The notes under the pieces: model-generated
Database searches by the model: none
Told to the model about the DNA's origin: nothing
What the model saw: the letters and a program-made list of their open reading frames with translations, nothing else
Shown: in pieces, positions 60,974-64,000 of the stretch
Numbering within the stretch: position 1 is the first letter of the stretch
Layout of the letters: each line of letters begins with the position of its first letter
Made by a program: the position numbers and the translations under genes
Assembly: GCF_025526975.1 (NCBI RefSeq)
Contig: NW_026515686.1
Location: 248,001 to 312,000 of the forward strand
Direction: 5' to 3'
Length of the DNA stretch: 64,000 nucleotides
Source of the DNA: Fimicolochytrium jonesii
Lineage: Eukaryota

Positions 60974-62326
60974 TCAATCGGCCACCTCCTCGCTCAACAG
61001 CACGTAGTCCCGGCTGCTGAAACCGAACTTGATCGTGTCGCCAACCTTCAGCTCCACATAACGCGATCCCGGAATCCGGCTGTTGTTGATGAACGTTCCA
61101 TTAGCCGAATCCAGATCGATGATGTAAGGTCTGTAATCGACATAGTACGTCAGTCTGGTCCATGCACGGGAGAGGAGCAGGGGGGGTGTCCGCACTTCAC
61201 AGTCCTCGTGACTTGTCCCAGCGGATCTGTTTCGACTATCTGACGATACTGTATGGCGGCATGTTGTTTCGAACATGAGGGGTGGTCGACGGGTATGTCT
61301 GCAACCTGTTTTGCCGTTAGCATTCCCGTATCCACTTTTCATGTCGCCTCTGCCGTTTCGAGGACATACCACGCGATCACGACCGAGAAGGAATGCGCTT
61401 TGGCGATGTATATGTAGCAGATCTATGACGAACTTCCTTGAGTAACCGTTATCGTAAGTCTTCACAGCGGGAGTTGTGAGCTCACCTATCTGTTCCTTCC
61501 CTTTAAATACGTACAGCCGGTATCGCTCCTTTGGCTTTCGTGCTTCTGGAGGCTCACTACGCATCACAGCTTCAGTCAGTTTCAAAACCCCGACAGGTAT
61601 CAAGGCGGCCGGAAAACATCCTTTCACCTGTATTTCAGTACTACGCCCTTGAAGGTATTCTGATCTGCCGCCAGAGCTCCCGACACGTTGAAGTTGGGCT
61701 GCTCCTTCTCCACTCGCGGTGCAGAGGGTCCTGACTCGTCCACGTCCTGGCTAACAGGTAAGGCATCTGAGCGACTTGAGTTCTTTTGGAAAGCATGAGG
61801 GAAATGACACCCGCCAGGCGGAATGGGCATAAATACCTTGCATATTCCGATTTCAATTGGCTGACATAGTCCGACATAGTCCTTTGGCGGTTTCCTTCCG
61901 TATCTGTGCGGAGAAGACGTTCGGGATATGTGAGCAGTCCATACTCATGTGGGAGTCCTTTCCTCCGTAAGTTGCTCTACCTTCGCCATTTCGTCGATCT
62001 CTCGCTTCGTCATGTGGTCGTCTGTCAGCATCCCTAGAATCGGAGCGCCTCCCTCGTGGACTCTCGCTCTCCCTCTTTATTCCTCTCGGTGATACAGATC
62101 TATCCCTGTGCGGTCTATCCCTCTTTTTATCTGTCGGCGATCCGGTCCTATCCCGGTTCTTCTCCCGTCTGAAGTTTCTCGGTGATGAAGACCTATCCCT
62201 GTGCCTCTCCCTCTTTATTTCTCTAGGTGATGAAGACCTGTCCCTCCGCGACCTGTCCCTCGAATGCCGGCGAGATCCTCTGGAGGCATCTATACTCGAA
62301 TCACGGGGCGGCCTTCGTGAGGACAT
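60974..62326 (-). CDS. SNIP1: SNIP1/Pml1 FHA-domain RES-complex protein
   Basis: RS/RD-rich N-terminus, PNFNVSGALAAD.N..KGVVLKYSEPPEARKP, LLGRDR, HPSCSKQHAAIQYR, IDLDSANGTFIN. Confidence 0.92.
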
Positions 62327-62520
62327 GTCGTTATTTGCTGTTTCTGTAACCGCTGTGAACGCTCACAAACGAAGCCAATGCAGTGGAAGTTGTCATGTTC
62401 ACTTGCGTGGTGAATTTCATAGATGGACGCGACAAGGTCTCCTCGAAGACCCCAAAAACATGCAGACTGCAAACTATCCAAAAAGAAGACTGGGAGGTCC
62501 ACTGACTATCTGCACTAATC

Positions 62521-64000
62521 CTAATGTCTATCTGCAAGAGAAGAAAAGAATCGATTGGCGCTGCGACCTTCCCGTCTTCCAGGTTGTGTTTCAGACGAGG
62601 ATCCGCTACCACTACGCAACAGAGGTTCCAACCCTTCCAACAACATCAACATCATCTCCAGTCCATTCACGCTTGACGATGGGCGTGCTGTGCCTGGTAG
62701 GCTGAGCGCTTCTCGGTGCGTAGAGCGTTGTCTGCTAACAACATCTGTGCGCTCAAAATCTGTGAATACATCCGTCCGCGGACTGTCTGATGAGGGGCCT
62801 GTGCCATCATCGCTGTCGGCGCTGTTGATGATATCCTGTGCTGCCTCTTCGGGATCTATGGCCGCCCACCGCAGTAATGGCAATGGTATGAACAATGATG
62901 GAGACGCGAGCGTCGTGGTTGCAGTCGTTGTCGACAACCCCTTTGCCATTCCAGCCAATGTTCTTGACGCCAAATGTATCAGTCGCCTTTGTGGTGCGTC
63001 CATCACCATGGTATGGAATGGATCATCCAGCGCGAGTGTAGACGTGGATGCATAAGCAAAGGAATGACTGGCACGGAACGGTGCGGCGTAAGTGGGGTAT
63101 CTGCACTTCAAAGCTGAAAGCGTGTTGGGGGATGTGTATGTGCCGTTCAGAGCATTCTCTAATGAAATTTGCGAAGCTAAACTTGATGGCGGGCGGCATA
63201 GGGTGGCTTCCACTGGCTGCGGTGGTCCACCCAATGTACGTACGATTTCCCCAGCGCTGTTGACTCGCCAGATGGTTGGCTGGACACGAGAGCTGGTTGA
63301 ACGCCGTCGAGCAGATGCGTCCGTATCTGTTTCGTTGCTTGCATCTGCACCCCCACTCAAATCTGGATTGCTTCGAATCCGTGAGCCCCAGGGGCGAACC
63401 ACCATGTATCGCCCACCCAGGGACGACCGATGTTCTGTGACATTGCTTACAGGCTCCGTTGACGCATATGCTGCATTCAACGCTTCATCCGACCCTGAGG
63501 TTTCATTTTTTGTCGCCGGCTCATTGCTGCTCCGCTTTTCTGCACCCGTCTCTGGCTTACGCGCTCCTGCATCCGTTTCCACGCCTTTCGCTAACCGTGT
63601 GGACTCCTCTTTCGGCGTTTCCACAACCAGCAAGGGTAACCTGGTCGTCTGCTCTCCCGATACAGCTTCGGGCCCATTCACACCTATCGAACGCTCCCCA
63701 GTGCTTGCTCCTCTGGCTCTCCTCGTCGAAAAGTCTCCCACAGCGTTCTCACGAGGGGGCAGTAATAAACGTCTCCTGCCCGTTGGCCTTGTATTGTTCA
63801 ACACCTCCAGACTCCGAACCCTCATCTCTCCAACCTGCGAACTCCGTTGCCGCACCCCATTATTGTCAGGAACATAGTTCCGCGCGTGCTCCACCTGCTC
63901 ACTGTCCGGTTTGGCAGCCGGCAGGCGAGTGCGCGAGCTGCCCGAACTTGGATTCCGAGGCCTTCCAACGATATTCACCCCGGCCGCGGACGGTCGACTC
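62521..64000 (-). CDS. Hypothetical low-complexity protein, 3' part (continues beyond window)
   Basis: Uninterrupted ORF of at least 485 aa, Ser/Arg/Thr-rich. No family recognised. Confidence 0.55.
   Translation of the reverse strand, partial: SRPSAAGVNIVGRPRNPSSGSSRTRLPAAKPDSEQVEHARNYVPDNNGVRQRSSQVGEMRVRSLEVLNNTRPTGRRRLLLPPRENAVGDFSTRRARGASTGERSIGVNGPEAVSGEQTTRLPLLVVETPKEESTRLAKGVETDAGARKPETGAEKRSSNEPATKNETSGSDEALNAAYASTEPVSNVTEHRSSLGGRYMVVRPWGSRIRSNPDLSGGADASNETDTDASARRRSTSSRVQPTIWRVNSAGEIVRTLGGPPQPVEATLCRPPSSLASQISLENALNGTYTSPNTLSALKCRYPTYAAPFRASHSFAYASTSTLALDDPFHTMVMDAPQRRLIHLASRTLAGMAKGLSTTTATTTLASPSLFIPLPLLRWAAIDPEEAAQDIINSADSDDGTGPSSDSPRTDVFTDFERTDVVSRQRSTHREALSLPGTARPSSSVNGLEMMLMLLEGLEPLLRSGSGSSSETQPGRREGRSANRFFSSLADRH

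Overview
Eukaryotic, intron-rich sequence. Short GT-AG introns with CTRAC-type branch sites plus FIGNL1, Pol iota, GCP6 and a Moonraker-like gene point to a zoosporic (chytrid-like) fungus; this is inference, not a lookup. Bases 1 to ~12.1 kb are nested, decayed LTR retrotransposons (Ty3/gypsy including a chromovirus, Ty1/copia, and three or four LTR families with PPT, PBS and TSD signals). From ~13 kb the window is gene-dense: Rab5/Vps21, a TPR protein, FIGNL1, NHP6, a perilipin-like protein, GTPBP1, RPC25, PCCB, Pol iota, GCP6, PI31, a Moonraker-like protein, calnexin, tRNA-His(GTG), a Kex2-type secreted polyprotein, a PKA-like kinase, Rad9 and SNIP1/Pml1. Five observations stand out. (1) A 1.6-kb higher-order tandem array made from the 5' flank and 5' half of the adjacent tRNA-His gene. 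(2) A spliced, antisense double-RING gene just upstream of a PPT and 3' LTR. (3) An intronless, frameshifted giant-virus-type (A18-like) SF2 helicase relic between two host genes. (4) A secreted polyprotein that would release ~8 Gln/Pro-rich peptides. (5) A ~175-nt dispersed repeat with conserved stems and one compensatory change. All family assignments come from motif recognition by eye, and exon boundaries are manual.
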